From contig JAKBVZ010000035.1 in assembly GCA_021841005.1 (NCBI GenBank), forward strand, positions 143,557 to 207,556: a stretch of DNA of 64,000 nucleotides. Reading direction: 5' to 3'. Under the pieces are notes generated by a model. The model saw only the letters and a program-made list of their open reading frames with translations. It was not told the origin of the DNA and ran no database searches. This DNA is from Actinomycetes bacterium. GTDB taxonomy: Bacteria > Actinomycetota > Acidimicrobiia > Acidimicrobiales > JAMCPL01. Shown here in pieces: positions 27,247 through 36,781 of the stretch (position 1 is its first letter; each line of letters starts with the position of its first letter). A program made the position numbers and the translations under genes.

Positions 27247-28330
27247 GCCGCAAAGAGGTTTACCGGAGCGATCGTTTCTCTCCATTGGAGACGTGCTCGA
27301 CCTCATCAGGGAGGAGTTTCCCGAGATAACGATATCGAAGATCCGCTTTCTCGAGAGTCAGGGGTTGGTCAATCCCGAGCGTACCCCCTCAGGGTACAGG
27401 AAATTTTACGAAGAGGATGTCGAACGGCTGAAGTGGGTGCTTCGCCAGCAACGCGAACACTACCTGCCCTTGAAAGTCATCAGGGGAAAGCTGCAATACG
27501 AGACATCTGCGGCATCGGTGCCCAGGCAGCGTACATCAGTGTCAGCGAGAACGGGTGCGGCCACCGTACCGGACCATTACGGGGCAGTCGCTGATCAGGG
27601 CAGCATACTTGAGGACAATACTGGACCTGCCGATCACGCTGTGCCTGCTGAGGTTGGCGGGGGCAGGGCGGCTATTCATGAATCTCCCAACGGATCTGCC
27701 GATGTTCCATATCCCGCCGGAGCACAGGCATCTGGTGCACAGGCAGCCACTTCTGCACCTAGCGATCGCCCGGAGCGTCTATCGGATACCAATACCGATA
27801 CGCATGTGCCACCTGGTAGGCTGCAGGGGCCTTCTACGGCTCTGGATGCACCGGCTACGACCTCTCAGCCAGCAATCCAGCCTACGATCAATCTTTTGTC
27901 ACCACAAGAGGAGGTTTCCGGTAAATCTGCAGGAGATGGTCGGTCGGATGCGGTAAACAATACGTCGCAGCCCGCAGGCGATAGGTCTCTCCCGCCTGCA
28001 CTCCTGAATGAGCTGGAGAGCTTTGGGCTCATCTCGGGGGAGCGGATTGGCGGTGTGATCACATACGGGCAGTCCGCCATGGAGATCAGCGATATCGCAG
28101 GTCGCATCATGAGCTATGGATTCGAGGCAAGGCATCTCAGAATGTTCAAACATGCAGTCGAGCGGGAAGTGTCGATTATCGAACAGGCAATAGTCCCGCT
28201 GTTGAAACAGCGAAATCCTGGTGCACGGGAAAAGGCGAGGAATGTTGCTATAGAGCTGATGGATCTGGCGGAGAGGCTTCATTGTTCACTATTGAGAGAT
28301 GAGGTGGACCGGTTCCTTCCCAGGGAATGA
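27227..28330 (+). CDS. MerR-family transcriptional regulator with a long low-complexity linker
   Basis: SIGDVLDLIREEFPEITISKIRFLESQGLVNPERTPSGYRKFYEEDVERLKWVL is a MerR HTH. A second conserved C-terminal domain follows about 170 aa of Ala/Pro/Ser-rich linker. Confidence 0.8.
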   Translation: MMQMKREPQRGLPERSFLSIGDVLDLIREEFPEITISKIRFLESQGLVNPERTPSGYRKFYEEDVERLKWVLRQQREHYLPLKVIRGKLQYETSAASVPRQRTSVSARTGAATVPDHYGAVADQGSILEDNTGPADHAVPAEVGGGRAAIHESPNGSADVPYPAGAQASGAQAATSAPSDRPERLSDTNTDTHVPPGRLQGPSTALDAPATTSQPAIQPTINLLSPQEEVSGKSAGDGRSDAVNNTSQPAGDRSLPPALLNELESFGLISGERIGGVITYGQSAMEISDIAGRIMSYGFEARHLRMFKHAVEREVSIIEQAIVPLLKQRNPGAREKARNVAIELMDLAERLHCSLLRDEVDRFLPRE

Positions 28331-28445
28331 GCGTGTGTACCGTTACATGCCTCATGCCGGCAAGCATCCCCGGCTTACTGGGTACCTCGTATTATCCATC
28401 GGCACCGCACTAGCATTACCTTTCGTTAGGCGCTATTCTGCTTAT

Positions 28446-28964
28446 ATGGTCGAAGTGAGGTTGAGCGCAGTGAGGGTGGACCTGCAATCGAGTACTCCCG
28501 TGTTGTTGCTGACGGAAGCTGAAGGCCTGGGCAGGACGTTGCCTGTATTTGTCGGTGCGCCCGAGGCTACATCGATTGCACTGGCCATTCAGGGCATAGA
28601 ACCGCCCCGCCCTCTTACCCATGACCTTGCTGTAGATATCATGGAAAGTATCGGGTCACGCCTGGAAAGGGTGGTGATCACCGAACTGCGGTCAGCAACT
28701 TACTTTGCGGAACTGCACATACGACATCGTGGAGAGATGGTTACTGTTTCCTCGCGTCCTTCTGATGCAATAGCCTTGGCTGTCAGAGTGCGCTGTCCTA
28801 TATTTGTCTCGGATGAGCTGATGGATTCCGAAGGTCTTTTTGTGGCATTCGACATGGAGGATGGAGACGACTCGGTTTCCGGCGAGAATGCCGAAGAAGT
28901 GGTCGGGCAGTTCAGGGAGTTCCTGGATACGGTGAAACCGGAAGATTTTGGTGGTTCTTCCTGA
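28446..28964 (+). CDS. Bifunctional nuclease family (DUF151) protein
   Basis: PVLLLTEAEGLGRTLPVFVGAPEATSIALAIQGIEPPRPLTHDL motif. Internal ATG 28446 of ORF 28299..28964 was chosen. Confidence 0.75.
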   Translation: MVEVRLSAVRVDLQSSTPVLLLTEAEGLGRTLPVFVGAPEATSIALAIQGIEPPRPLTHDLAVDIMESIGSRLERVVITELRSATYFAELHIRHRGEMVTVSSRPSDAIALAVRVRCPIFVSDELMDSEGLFVAFDMEDGDDSVSGENAEEVVGQFREFLDTVKPEDFGGSS

Positions 28965-29004
28965 ATGAAGTAATTGTTACCGCTGGTGGCGGTAATATGG
29001 CATC

Positions 29005-30411
29005 GTGCTGACCAGATATTGGAAAGTGTTGCAAGGCTGGTTCGAATCGCTTGAGCCTGAAAATCGTGATGCGATAGTTTACGGGACTTCGGCTCTCTTC
29101 GCTTTTCTTACTATACTCATTTCGTCCATCCCTCTCTACAGGCAGTGGGGCGAGATAGCGATTGGCCCGTATCTGGCAGGAACTTTGTGGTGTTTCGTAG
29201 TGGCTTGGCGGCGGCGGCGGAGGATGGAGCGAGATGCTGTTGCCAGCTCTGGGACGCCGGGGCGTGCAGGCTGGAAGAGGGGCTGGAGCAAGCCCCGGGT
29301 CGCCACCATGGTGATCGTTATGGCTGGTGCGACATTCCTGCCTCTTGCGCTGGAAACGTACTGGCAGAATGCCTCCATCAGTACGTCTTCTGGTACCACT
29401 CATGCCCAGCCGGAGGTGCTCGTGGTGGAGAAGGCGGGGAGAACATTGTTGAAAGGTCATGATCCCTATACCGTCAGCAGCAAGCAGCCAGGTGGCCATA
29501 TATCCGTTCCAGCTGGCCAGCCATCTTACGATGCATTTTTCCCTTACCTGCCTGGCATGGCGGTATTCGGCATGCCGAGCGGCTCCAAAGCGCCGAGACC
29601 CCTTGGAGATGCTAGGGTGATGTTTGCGCTGCTGACCTTCGTCGCGCTGGGAATCGCACTGTGGATAAACGGGCTGGAAGGAGAGCGCGGCTTGTTTGCC
29701 GTCCAGGCCATGTCTGTCCTCCCATCTACAGCTTTGCCACTCTCGACGGGAGGCGACGATATACCCGTCATCGCGTTGATGCTGCTGGGATTGGTGCTCA
29801 TGCGCAGGCACAGGATGCTGATGGCCGGCGTAGCATTCGGCGCTGCCGCATCGTTGAAGTTCACATCGTGGCCGCTTGTGGTTATCGCTCTTCTGGTGCT
29901 GTATGCGGCATATTCGTTCAAGGACTTGATCAAGGCAGCCGCTGGTGCAGGCTTGGTGGTCGTGCCGGCGGTGCTTCCAGTGGCGTTGGCAAACATGAAG
30001 GCGTTTGTCATCAATGTAGTACTCTACCCGTTGGGGCTGGCAGGTATCCGTTCTCCCGCAGCCAGTCCCATGCCTGGTCACTTGCTTGTCAGCACCTTGC
30101 CCGCCATACATCACTCTTATTCCATTGTGGTCGTGTTGGCTGGCGGTGTCGTATTCCTGGCGGCTCTCACGAGATGGTTCCCACGAGATGCGGGCTCGCT
30201 CGCAAACTTCATCGGATGGGCATTTCTCTTTGCAGTGTTGCTGGCCCCTACCACCAGGTTCGGATACCTGATCTATCCCTTTGACCTGATCATTTGGTCA
30301 AGAGTGCTTCATCGTGTACCGCGACAGGCCGAGGATGCTCCAACGGAGGGAATAAAAGCAGTGCATCTGCAGGATACCCTGCAGGATACCTTAGTAGGTG
30401 CACAGGCGTGA
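29005..30411 (+). CDS. Polytopic membrane protein, putative GT-C glycosyltransferase (DUF2029/GT87-like)
   Basis: Multi-TM protein with a first-loop pattern (VVEKAGRTLLKGHDPY ... FFPYLPGMAVFGMP) resembling DUF2029 mannosyltransferases. Assignment is tentative. Confidence 0.5.
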   Translation: MLTRYWKVLQGWFESLEPENRDAIVYGTSALFAFLTILISSIPLYRQWGEIAIGPYLAGTLWCFVVAWRRRRRMERDAVASSGTPGRAGWKRGWSKPRVATMVIVMAGATFLPLALETYWQNASISTSSGTTHAQPEVLVVEKAGRTLLKGHDPYTVSSKQPGGHISVPAGQPSYDAFFPYLPGMAVFGMPSGSKAPRPLGDARVMFALLTFVALGIALWINGLEGERGLFAVQAMSVLPSTALPLSTGGDDIPVIALMLLGLVLMRRHRMLMAGVAFGAAASLKFTSWPLVVIALLVLYAAYSFKDLIKAAAGAGLVVVPAVLPVALANMKAFVINVVLYPLGLAGIRSPAASPMPGHLLVSTLPAIHHSYSIVVVLAGGVVFLAALTRWFPRDAGSLANFIGWAFLFAVLLAPTTRFGYLIYPFDLIIWSRVLHRVPRQAEDAPTEGIKAVHLQDTLQDTLVGAQA

Positions 30412-30470
30412 CCGTGACTCCGCTCATTACTGCGCCTGCGGCAGTGTAAGCTTGTCGCAATATAATCTTA

Positions 30471-31364
30471 TTACGATGCAGCTTCGCTCGAGACCGGGAA
30501 CATTCTCATGACGAAGTGCGTGTAACCATTTCGGGTTACGGATCGTGGAAGCAACTTGGTAGGGCTGAAAGAGGTGGGGTAGATTGTAACTCCGAGTTCC
30601 CAGAACTCACCGTCGTTGCCGTTTGCTCTTGCGATCAGATAGTAAGCACGTGATCCGCCGACGGGACCCTTTGACACAAGCGACCATCCGTGAAGAGGGA
30701 GCTGTTTTGAATAGAAATCGATGATCTGCTGCTGGCCGGTTCGAGAAACAAATGCCATGGCCTTGTCGTAGGAAGTTGGATGGCCTGGCGTGGTGACTAT
30801 CCCTTGTGTCACCGTTCCACCTGGAACCGTAATGGTATATATGACGTTCAAGGGAGGCTGCCCGTTGCTTTCCATCGCCTTCAGGAACGAGACCGCAGGA
30901 ACTGCGCTGATCCCACTTATTCCGGACCGCGATACGCGTGCAGGCGCAGCCACGTAACCGCTGCCACCGAACACTCCGCTTGCTATCGCTCCGATCACAA
31001 GAATGGATGCAGCAAGCCCCAATACCCACAGGGCCGGCTTGAGACTGGGTCCGGGAGGGTAGTGCGTGATTCGAGAATCGGGGCCTGGCGCGGTTAGGCC
31101 TCCCGAGGTGCTGGACATACCGGCAGGGGTGTCGGACGCGTGGGCGGCAGTTGCAGTATTCAAGGAGTCCCTTCCCCTTTCCCTGTTTACGTTTACGTTT
31201 ACGTTTACGTTTACGTCTACGTCCCTGCTGCCAGACGTATCGAATGTCTGAGATACTCCGTCCATACTGCAACTATAGTCCATCGGCCTTACGTGCTGTA
31301 TCGCCTGCCGCTCGCCTCTTACCTCCCCCGTAGCTTGAAACGGCAGATCCATGAGCATCCACAT
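30471..31364 (-). CDS. Hypothetical single-pass membrane-anchored protein with (Val-Asn)5 repeat
   Basis: One TM segment (ALWVLGLAASILVIGAIASGVFGG) and an extracytoplasmic C-terminal domain of unknown family. Start is uncertain. Confidence 0.55.
   Translation of the reverse strand: MWMLMDLPFQATGEVRGERQAIQHVRPMDYSCSMDGVSQTFDTSGSRDVDVNVNVNVNVNRERGRDSLNTATAAHASDTPAGMSSTSGGLTAPGPDSRITHYPPGPSLKPALWVLGLAASILVIGAIASGVFGGSGYVAAPARVSRSGISGISAVPAVSFLKAMESNGQPPLNVIYTITVPGGTVTQGIVTTPGHPTSYDKAMAFVSRTGQQQIIDFYSKQLPLHGWSLVSKGPVGGSRAYYLIARANGNDGEFWELGVTIYPTSFSPTKLLPRSVTRNGYTHFVMRMFPVSSEAAS
31185..31220. repeat. Hexanucleotide tandem repeat (GTTTAC)x5 plus one GTCTAC
   Basis: Read directly from the sequence. 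Lies inside CDS 30471..31364 and encodes VNVNVNVNVN on the minus strand. Confidence 0.95.
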
Positions 31365-31592
31365 GAAGCTTTGTGCCGTAATATGGCTATGTAATGTCCA
31401 CGTGCCACTACTTATAATCGATGGAGAAGTACAATCTGCAGGAACATAAGATAAATGTGGTAAATTATCTCATTTTGTATTGACTTCGACAAACAAATAT
31501 GTAACTGTGTACAATACTGATGGCTATGTCAATGTGGTGGCTAATGGGTGTCATCGACTACGAAGACCAGCACAGCACACGGAGAGGAAATT

Positions 31593-32963
31593 ATGCATAC
31601 ACTTACACAAATGCTTGTTTCGCGAAGGCAGGTTATTGGAGGAGCCATGCTGGGTGCCACAGGGCTTGCCTTAGCAGGTTGCTCATCGTTTGGGGGATCA
31701 TCGGGCAGTGGCTTGTCAAACACGCTGCCGAATCCCTCACTGCCTGAAGGCACCGACACCATTCCCCAGATAGATCACTTTGTGATTGTTATGATGGAAA
31801 ACAGATCGTATGATACCATACTCGGTATGCTCGGTCGTGGTGACGGGTTCACGCTTGACTCCAACGGGCGGCCTACCAACACGAATCCCAACGGCAATGG
31901 CCAGTACATAGAAGTGTTTCACCTGCCAACGGAGTGCCGGTCATACACCTCTCCGACCAACACCTGGAACCCTACTCACGAGGCATACAACGGGGGCAAG
32001 ATGGATGGTTTCGTGACCAACGGCAGCGGTCCTGCCGCAATGGGGTATTACACAAGTTCGGACATGCCCTTCACCGAGAGCCTTGCGACCACATTCCCGA
32101 TCAATGATCGCTACTTCTGCTCGCTTCTCGGACCGACATTTCCTAACCGTCGTTACCTTATTTCCGGCACATCATGCGGCCTCGTGGACGATTTTACAAC
32201 CTTTTACGATATACCGAGCGACATCGACAGCCATCCGGCCAACGGTACGATATTCGACCATCTGAACAAGCACTCGATATCGTGGAAGGACTATTTTTCT
32301 GTAGCTCCGACAATTGCCTTCTACCCCTACCTGCTCACACAGAATGTCGGCAAGTACGTACCCATAGAGGAGTTCTTCTCCGACGCGTCATCGGGCAACC
32401 TGCCCTCGGTGTCGCTCGTGGATCCAGACTACCTGACCAACAGCGAGGGCGAGGGCCAGGACATCCAGTTTGGCGACAACTTCCTTGCGTCGATTGTCAA
32501 TGCTGTCATGAAGGGGCCCAAGTGGAGCAAGACGTTACTAGTGTGGACCTATGACGAGGCAGGTGGCTACTATGATCACGTCGTGCCGCCATCTGCTCCG
32601 GTACCCGACAACATAGCTCCGGTGCTGACATCATCCGACATAAAAGCAACTTTTGATCGTTACGGCATCAGGGTTCCCATGGGGATGGTTTGTCCTTATG
32701 CCAGGAAGGATTACGTTTCAAGCAGCGTTTCAGATCACACTTCGATACTCAGGCTCATAGAGACGAAGTGGAACTTACCGGCTCTCACCAATAGAGATGC
32801 AGCGGCGCACAATCTTCTGGACATGGTCGATTTTCAGGCTGTACCGGCATTTGCCGACGTGCCGAGCCTGGCATCACCTGCTGATTGGTCCGCGCATCTC
32901 TGCATTCCTGGGACCACTGGGACCATACCCCCGTCGCCGGCGGTGCTCTCGCAGCCTGCCTGA
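31593..32963 (+). CDS. Phosphoesterase family protein (phospholipase C/AcpA type), Tat-lipoprotein signal
   Basis: SRRQVIGG twin-arginine motif with LAGCSS lipobox, and the IDHFVIVMMENRSYDTILG hallmark. GGAGAGGAAA SD precedes ATG 31593. Confidence 0.8.
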   Translation: MHTLTQMLVSRRQVIGGAMLGATGLALAGCSSFGGSSGSGLSNTLPNPSLPEGTDTIPQIDHFVIVMMENRSYDTILGMLGRGDGFTLDSNGRPTNTNPNGNGQYIEVFHLPTECRSYTSPTNTWNPTHEAYNGGKMDGFVTNGSGPAAMGYYTSSDMPFTESLATTFPINDRYFCSLLGPTFPNRRYLISGTSCGLVDDFTTFYDIPSDIDSHPANGTIFDHLNKHSISWKDYFSVAPTIAFYPYLLTQNVGKYVPIEEFFSDASSGNLPSVSLVDPDYLTNSEGEGQDIQFGDNFLASIVNAVMKGPKWSKTLLVWTYDEAGGYYDHVVPPSAPVPDNIAPVLTSSDIKATFDRYGIRVPMGMVCPYARKDYVSSSVSDHTSILRLIETKWNLPALTNRDAAAHNLLDMVDFQAVPAFADVPSLASPADWSAHLCIPGTTGTIPPSPAVLSQPA

Positions 32964-33042
32964 GCTTAGTCCTTACCAGCTGAGTGCTGGTCCAACGCGG
33001 GTATCCACCTGCCGACGTGATCGAGCGGCTACTATCGAATAG

Positions 33043-33618
33043 ATGTTCGTTCTAGGGATAGACCCAGGGTTGTCTCGTTGTGGCTATGGACTGGTCAAAA
33101 AGGAGGTTGGTTCCGGCAGCTCCGGTGTATTGCGGGGTGCTCCGGCGGTGGCTGTGAACGGAGGGGTCATAGTTACGGAACGTAACCTTGATGTTCCGCG
33201 ACGGCTAAGCCAGCTGATGAGAGAGTTGCAAGCATTGATTGCCGAGAGCCGTCCTGATGTCGTGGTGGTGGAGAGGATATTCTTCCAGGCCAACGCCAAG
33301 ACTGCTGTCAGCATAGGGCAGGCCGGTGGGCTGGCACTTGCGCTTGCCGATGCAGCCGGATGCCGGATAGCACAGTACAGCGCCAATGAAGTCAAGTTGG
33401 CGGTTACAGGTTATGGGGGGGCGACGAAGCTTCAGGTGCAGCGCATGGTTGCTTCGCTGCTTGGATTGAGCGGGCTTCCTTCTCCGCCGGACGTTGCCGA
33501 TGCTTTGGGCCTCGCTCTGTGCTACCTGGTCAACCTGCCTATGCAGGTGGCACTGTCCACTGCAATCCGTGGCGGTGGCTTCAATGGGCAAGCGGTGACC
33601 GTGGAGGCTGGTGGGTGA
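33043..33618 (+). CDS. ruvC: Holliday junction resolvase RuvC
   Basis: VLGIDPGLSRCGYGLV N-terminus and VVVERIFF motif. First gene of the ruvCAB order. Confidence 0.9.
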   Translation: MFVLGIDPGLSRCGYGLVKKEVGSGSSGVLRGAPAVAVNGGVIVTERNLDVPRRLSQLMRELQALIAESRPDVVVVERIFFQANAKTAVSIGQAGGLALALADAAGCRIAQYSANEVKLAVTGYGGATKLQVQRMVASLLGLSGLPSPPDVADALGLALCYLVNLPMQVALSTAIRGGGFNGQAVTVEAGG

Positions 33619-33622
33619 CTGC

Positions 33623-34543
33623 ATGATTGGCTGGCTGCGCGGGAAGATCCGCTTGATCGATCCAGATGGAAGCGTACTGATTGATGTCGGAGGCGTAGGG
33701 TATCGGGTCAACGTGACACCTTCTTCGCTCGGGTCGATTTGCCGGGGTGCAGATGCGGAACTGTATATACATACCCATGTCAGGGAAGATGCAATTACGC
33801 TTTACGGGTTTGCATCCGATTCTGAGCGGATGGTCTTCGAGATGTTGATTGGCGCTCATGGGGTGGGTCCAACACTTGGCATGTCTATCATGTCCTCTCT
33901 TAGCGTGCGTGACCTCTATGAGGTGGTGGTCGACGAGAACATGGATTTGCTCTGTACTGTACCTGGGATAGGTCGTAAGACTGCGGCCAAACTGGCAATA
34001 GATCTGAAGTCTGGCGCAGATATACTTGCCGCTGCAGCCAGCTCGGTTGCAGGCGATCTGGCGCGTGATCCGAGCATGGACGAGCGCGAAGGTCACAAGG
34101 GCATGGCTGTGGTGGATGCTGCTGGCGGTGGAGACGATCGTGTAGAAGGCAGCATTGCAGGAGACGGTTTTGCGATACCACCGGATGGCAGTCGAGCTGG
34201 CGATGCACAGGCAACTGGCTTAGTGGACGGCAGCGTGCGGACTGGCGAGGCAGGTGTGTACCCAGTAGCGCCAGATCGCTATTCTCCCTCAAAGGCTCGC
34301 GCCGAGGTAAGGGCCGCCCTGAAGTCGCTTGGCTATACTCCTGAGGAGATACGCTTGGCCATGAGGCACCTTGCCGGCGAGAGTACCGTCGAGGAGATGG
34401 TGCGAGGTGCCCTCAAAGCCATGGCTGGCGGGAGGGCGGGTGGTGGCGCAGGAGCAGGTGCAGGTGCAGGTGCAGGTGGGTACCGGCGACAGCTGGAAGG
34501 TGGATTCGCTGGGCGAGCAGTGGAAGAATCAGCTACGGGATAG
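33623..34543 (+). CDS. ruvA: Holliday junction DNA helicase RuvA, with an enlarged linker and C-terminal Gly/Ala tail
   Basis: MIGWLRGKI...IDVGGVGYRV N-terminus, HhH region GIGRKTAAKL, and domain III LKSLGYTPEEIRLAM. About 100 aa longer than typical RuvA. Confidence 0.85.
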   Translation: MIGWLRGKIRLIDPDGSVLIDVGGVGYRVNVTPSSLGSICRGADAELYIHTHVREDAITLYGFASDSERMVFEMLIGAHGVGPTLGMSIMSSLSVRDLYEVVVDENMDLLCTVPGIGRKTAAKLAIDLKSGADILAAAASSVAGDLARDPSMDEREGHKGMAVVDAAGGGDDRVEGSIAGDGFAIPPDGSRAGDAQATGLVDGSVRTGEAGVYPVAPDRYSPSKARAEVRAALKSLGYTPEEIRLAMRHLAGESTVEEMVRGALKAMAGGRAGGGAGAGAGAGAGGYRRQLEGGFAGRAVEESATG

Positions 34544-34612
34544 AGGGGAGGTCAGAATTGTTACGGGAATTATTACCGCGGAGACAGGCAGGAACTATGA
34601 TTTGCGGGGACC

Positions 34613-35686
34613 ATGGCTAGCAGGAAAGAGGTAATTCAAGTAGCGGCAAACGCCGGAGAGAGTGCATCTGACGATCTGGTGCCGGACCCCCTTCCAGGTG
34701 AAGTAATAGAAGAAGCTCGATTACGTCCACGCAACCTGGCGGAGTTCAAGGGTCAGGCGGAACTTACTGAGCACCTTTCGATATTGCTCGAAGCCGCGCG
34801 AAAGCGTGGCCGCCCGGCAGATCACATTCTCTTTGCAGGACCTCCCGGACTGGGCAAGACCTCTCTGGCTGGCATTGTGGCTTCAGAGATGGGAGTAGGG
34901 ATGAGGGTGACTTCCGGGCCTTCCTTGGTAAGGGGGGGAGACCTGGCGGCAATATTGACTGACCTACAACCTGGCGATGTGCTCTTCATAGATGAGATAC
35001 ACCGGCTGGCCACCAATACAGGTGAGATACTCTATCCCGCCATGGAGGATTTCAAGCTGGACATAGTGATCGGGAAGGGTCCTACGGCCAGGTCCATAAG
35101 GCTGGATATTCCCGTTTTTACGCTGATAGGGGCAACCACCAGGACGGGCATGCTTGCAGGACCCTTACGTGACAGGTTTGGTTTTGTTGGCAGGCTTGAT
35201 TTGTATCCGGCGGCGGATCTGGCAGGGATCGTGATGAGATCAGCCACCATACTTGGCATAAATATGCATCCAGTCGCTGCTCATCAGATTGCCTTGCGGG
35301 CTAGAGGCACACCCAGGATAGCCAACCGCCTTCTGAGAAGGGTGCGCGATTTTGTAGAGGTCCGTGCCGATGGCGTGATTACGCCAGAACTGGCCATAGA
35401 GGGACTGGAAGTGTTTGGAGTGGATACGCTCGGTCTGGACAAGGTGGACAGATCCATACTCGAGGTGCTCTGCGTGAGATTCAATGGTCATCCAGTGGGT
35501 CTGACCACGCTTGCTCAATCCGTGGGGGAGGATCCCGAAACAATAGAGGATGCATACGAGCCCTACCTTCTCCAGGCCGGTCTCTTGGAGCGGACTCCGA
35601 GGGGTCGGATGGCTACATCTCGAGCCTTCGATCATCTCGGTCTCGATCATCTCGGTCTTGCTGCCACACTACAGGCGATTGGATGA
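34613..35686 (+). CDS. ruvB: Holliday junction DNA helicase RuvB
   Basis: [11 protein letters not shown], Walker [21 protein letters not shown], and the [16 protein letters not shown] sensor region. Confidence 0.92.
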   Translation: MASRKEVIQVAANAGESASDDLVPDPLPGEVIEEARLRPRNLAEFKGQAELTEHLSILLEAARKRGRPADHILFAGPPGLGKTSLAGIVASEMGVGMRVTSGPSLVRGGDLAAILTDLQPGDVLFIDEIHRLATNTGEILYPAMEDFKLDIVIGKGPTARSIRLDIPVFTLIGATTRTGMLAGPLRDRFGFVGRLDLYPAADLAGIVMRSATILGINMHPVAAHQIALRARGTPRIANRLLRRVRDFVEVRADGVITPELAIEGLEVFGVDTLGLDKVDRSILEVLCVRFNGHPVGLTTLAQSVGEDPETIEDAYEPYLLQAGLLERTPRGRMATSRAFDHLGLDHLGLAATLQAIG

Positions 35687-35815
35687 GCTAGTGTGTTGGT
35701 CGCGCGTGATGAATACATGCAACGTCATGTATGGCGTCACCCATCACGCCATGGCTACATACGGGTCAGCTACCGGGTTGGCCCTGTGATGATTGACTTA
35801 CTAGGAATAATATAA

Positions 35816-36604
35816 ATGTTGAATCCAGCTTTGGAAGTTTCTACCCATGTGATAGCGGCGGTATCTATTGTGGCTGGAGCGGCCACGCATTCGAGCAAGG
35901 CATCTACCTCATCGTCATCGTCAGGTACCCTGATTTACCTGCTCTTTATGGGTCTGATCGTATATGTGGGCTGGAGGCTCATATTCCGGCCACAGTCGCA
36001 GCGTGCCAAGCAGCAACGCCAGACCATGTCGCTCCTGTCGGTCGGAGACGAGGTAATGACCACTTCCGGCATATTTGGTACGGTACTGGAAATAGATGGA
36101 GACAAGGTGTATCTCCAGGTGAGTGATAGCTGCGTGTTGACCATGGTACGTTCCGCCATCGGCCAGAGACTTTCATTGCCGGCGGAAGCCGGCGGGAGCA
36201 CCGACGGTCCGGCGTTCGACGATGAAGGCATGCAAGATGGAGATGGGGATCCGGATGGGCAATATGATGGCTATGACGACGAGGGGTCGGTCGGTACTTC
36301 CAGCCGTCGCGGTGGGGACTGGGAGGAGAGTGATGGTAATGATGGCGGTGGCGATGGCGATGGCGATGCCGATGCCGTCCATGGCAATCCTGCCGGCATT
36401 CCCGGCACAGGGTCGGCAACCGGTATCAGTGATGACGATGTGCCGGATACCCAGGTTGCAGGCATGGCCAAGCCTGTAGAAGATCATGGAGTGCAAGGCA
36501 AAAAAGCAGGTAGTGGGCAATCGTTGAACAGTTCGGGCCAGGGTGCAACTGATGGGATAGGAAAACATGGTAGTATTGAGCCGGATCCGGAGGGTCAGTA
36601 CTGA
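35816..36604 (+). CDS. yajC: Preprotein translocase subunit YajC with a long acidic C-terminal extension
   Basis: LIFRPQSQRAKQQRQTMSLLSVGDEVMTTSGIFGTVLEIDGDKVYLQV is the YajC core. Start is uncertain. About 150 extra Asp/Gly-rich residues. Confidence 0.75.
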   Translation: MLNPALEVSTHVIAAVSIVAGAATHSSKASTSSSSSGTLIYLLFMGLIVYVGWRLIFRPQSQRAKQQRQTMSLLSVGDEVMTTSGIFGTVLEIDGDKVYLQVSDSCVLTMVRSAIGQRLSLPAEAGGSTDGPAFDDEGMQDGDGDPDGQYDGYDDEGSVGTSSRRGGDWEESDGNDGGGDGDGDADAVHGNPAGIPGTGSATGISDDDVPDTQVAGMAKPVEDHGVQGKKAGSGQSLNSSGQGATDGIGKHGSIEPDPEGQY

Positions 36605-36781
36605 GGCAATACAGGTGTGCGTTCCAGCGGTGTCCCGCAGGATTACCAAGATGGGTGTCGAGTTGCGTCGGCACATGCGAGTACAATGCATGCGAGTACT
36701 GGGCAGGGTCGCCGGATATGGGCTGCATCGTTTCCAGTAGGGGTGGTGCTGATATTGTGATCTTGAAGGTGTTGTAAGGAT

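Noticed and set aside
29039-29048. tRNA T-loop-like GGTTCGAATC
   Set aside because: It lies inside a CDS. The flanking sequence does not form T-stem, acceptor or anticodon arms.
28912-30114. 400-aa ORF antisense to the GT87-like membrane gene
   Set aside because: Arg/His/Gln-rich shadow ORF with no motifs. It overlaps two well-supported plus-strand genes.
35629-35815. Leaderless yajC promoter (TATAAA immediately before ATG 35816)
   Set aside because: The spacing between the -10-like hexamer and the ATG is too short for a leaderless transcript, and the -35 spacing is wrong. The yajC start is left as uncertain.
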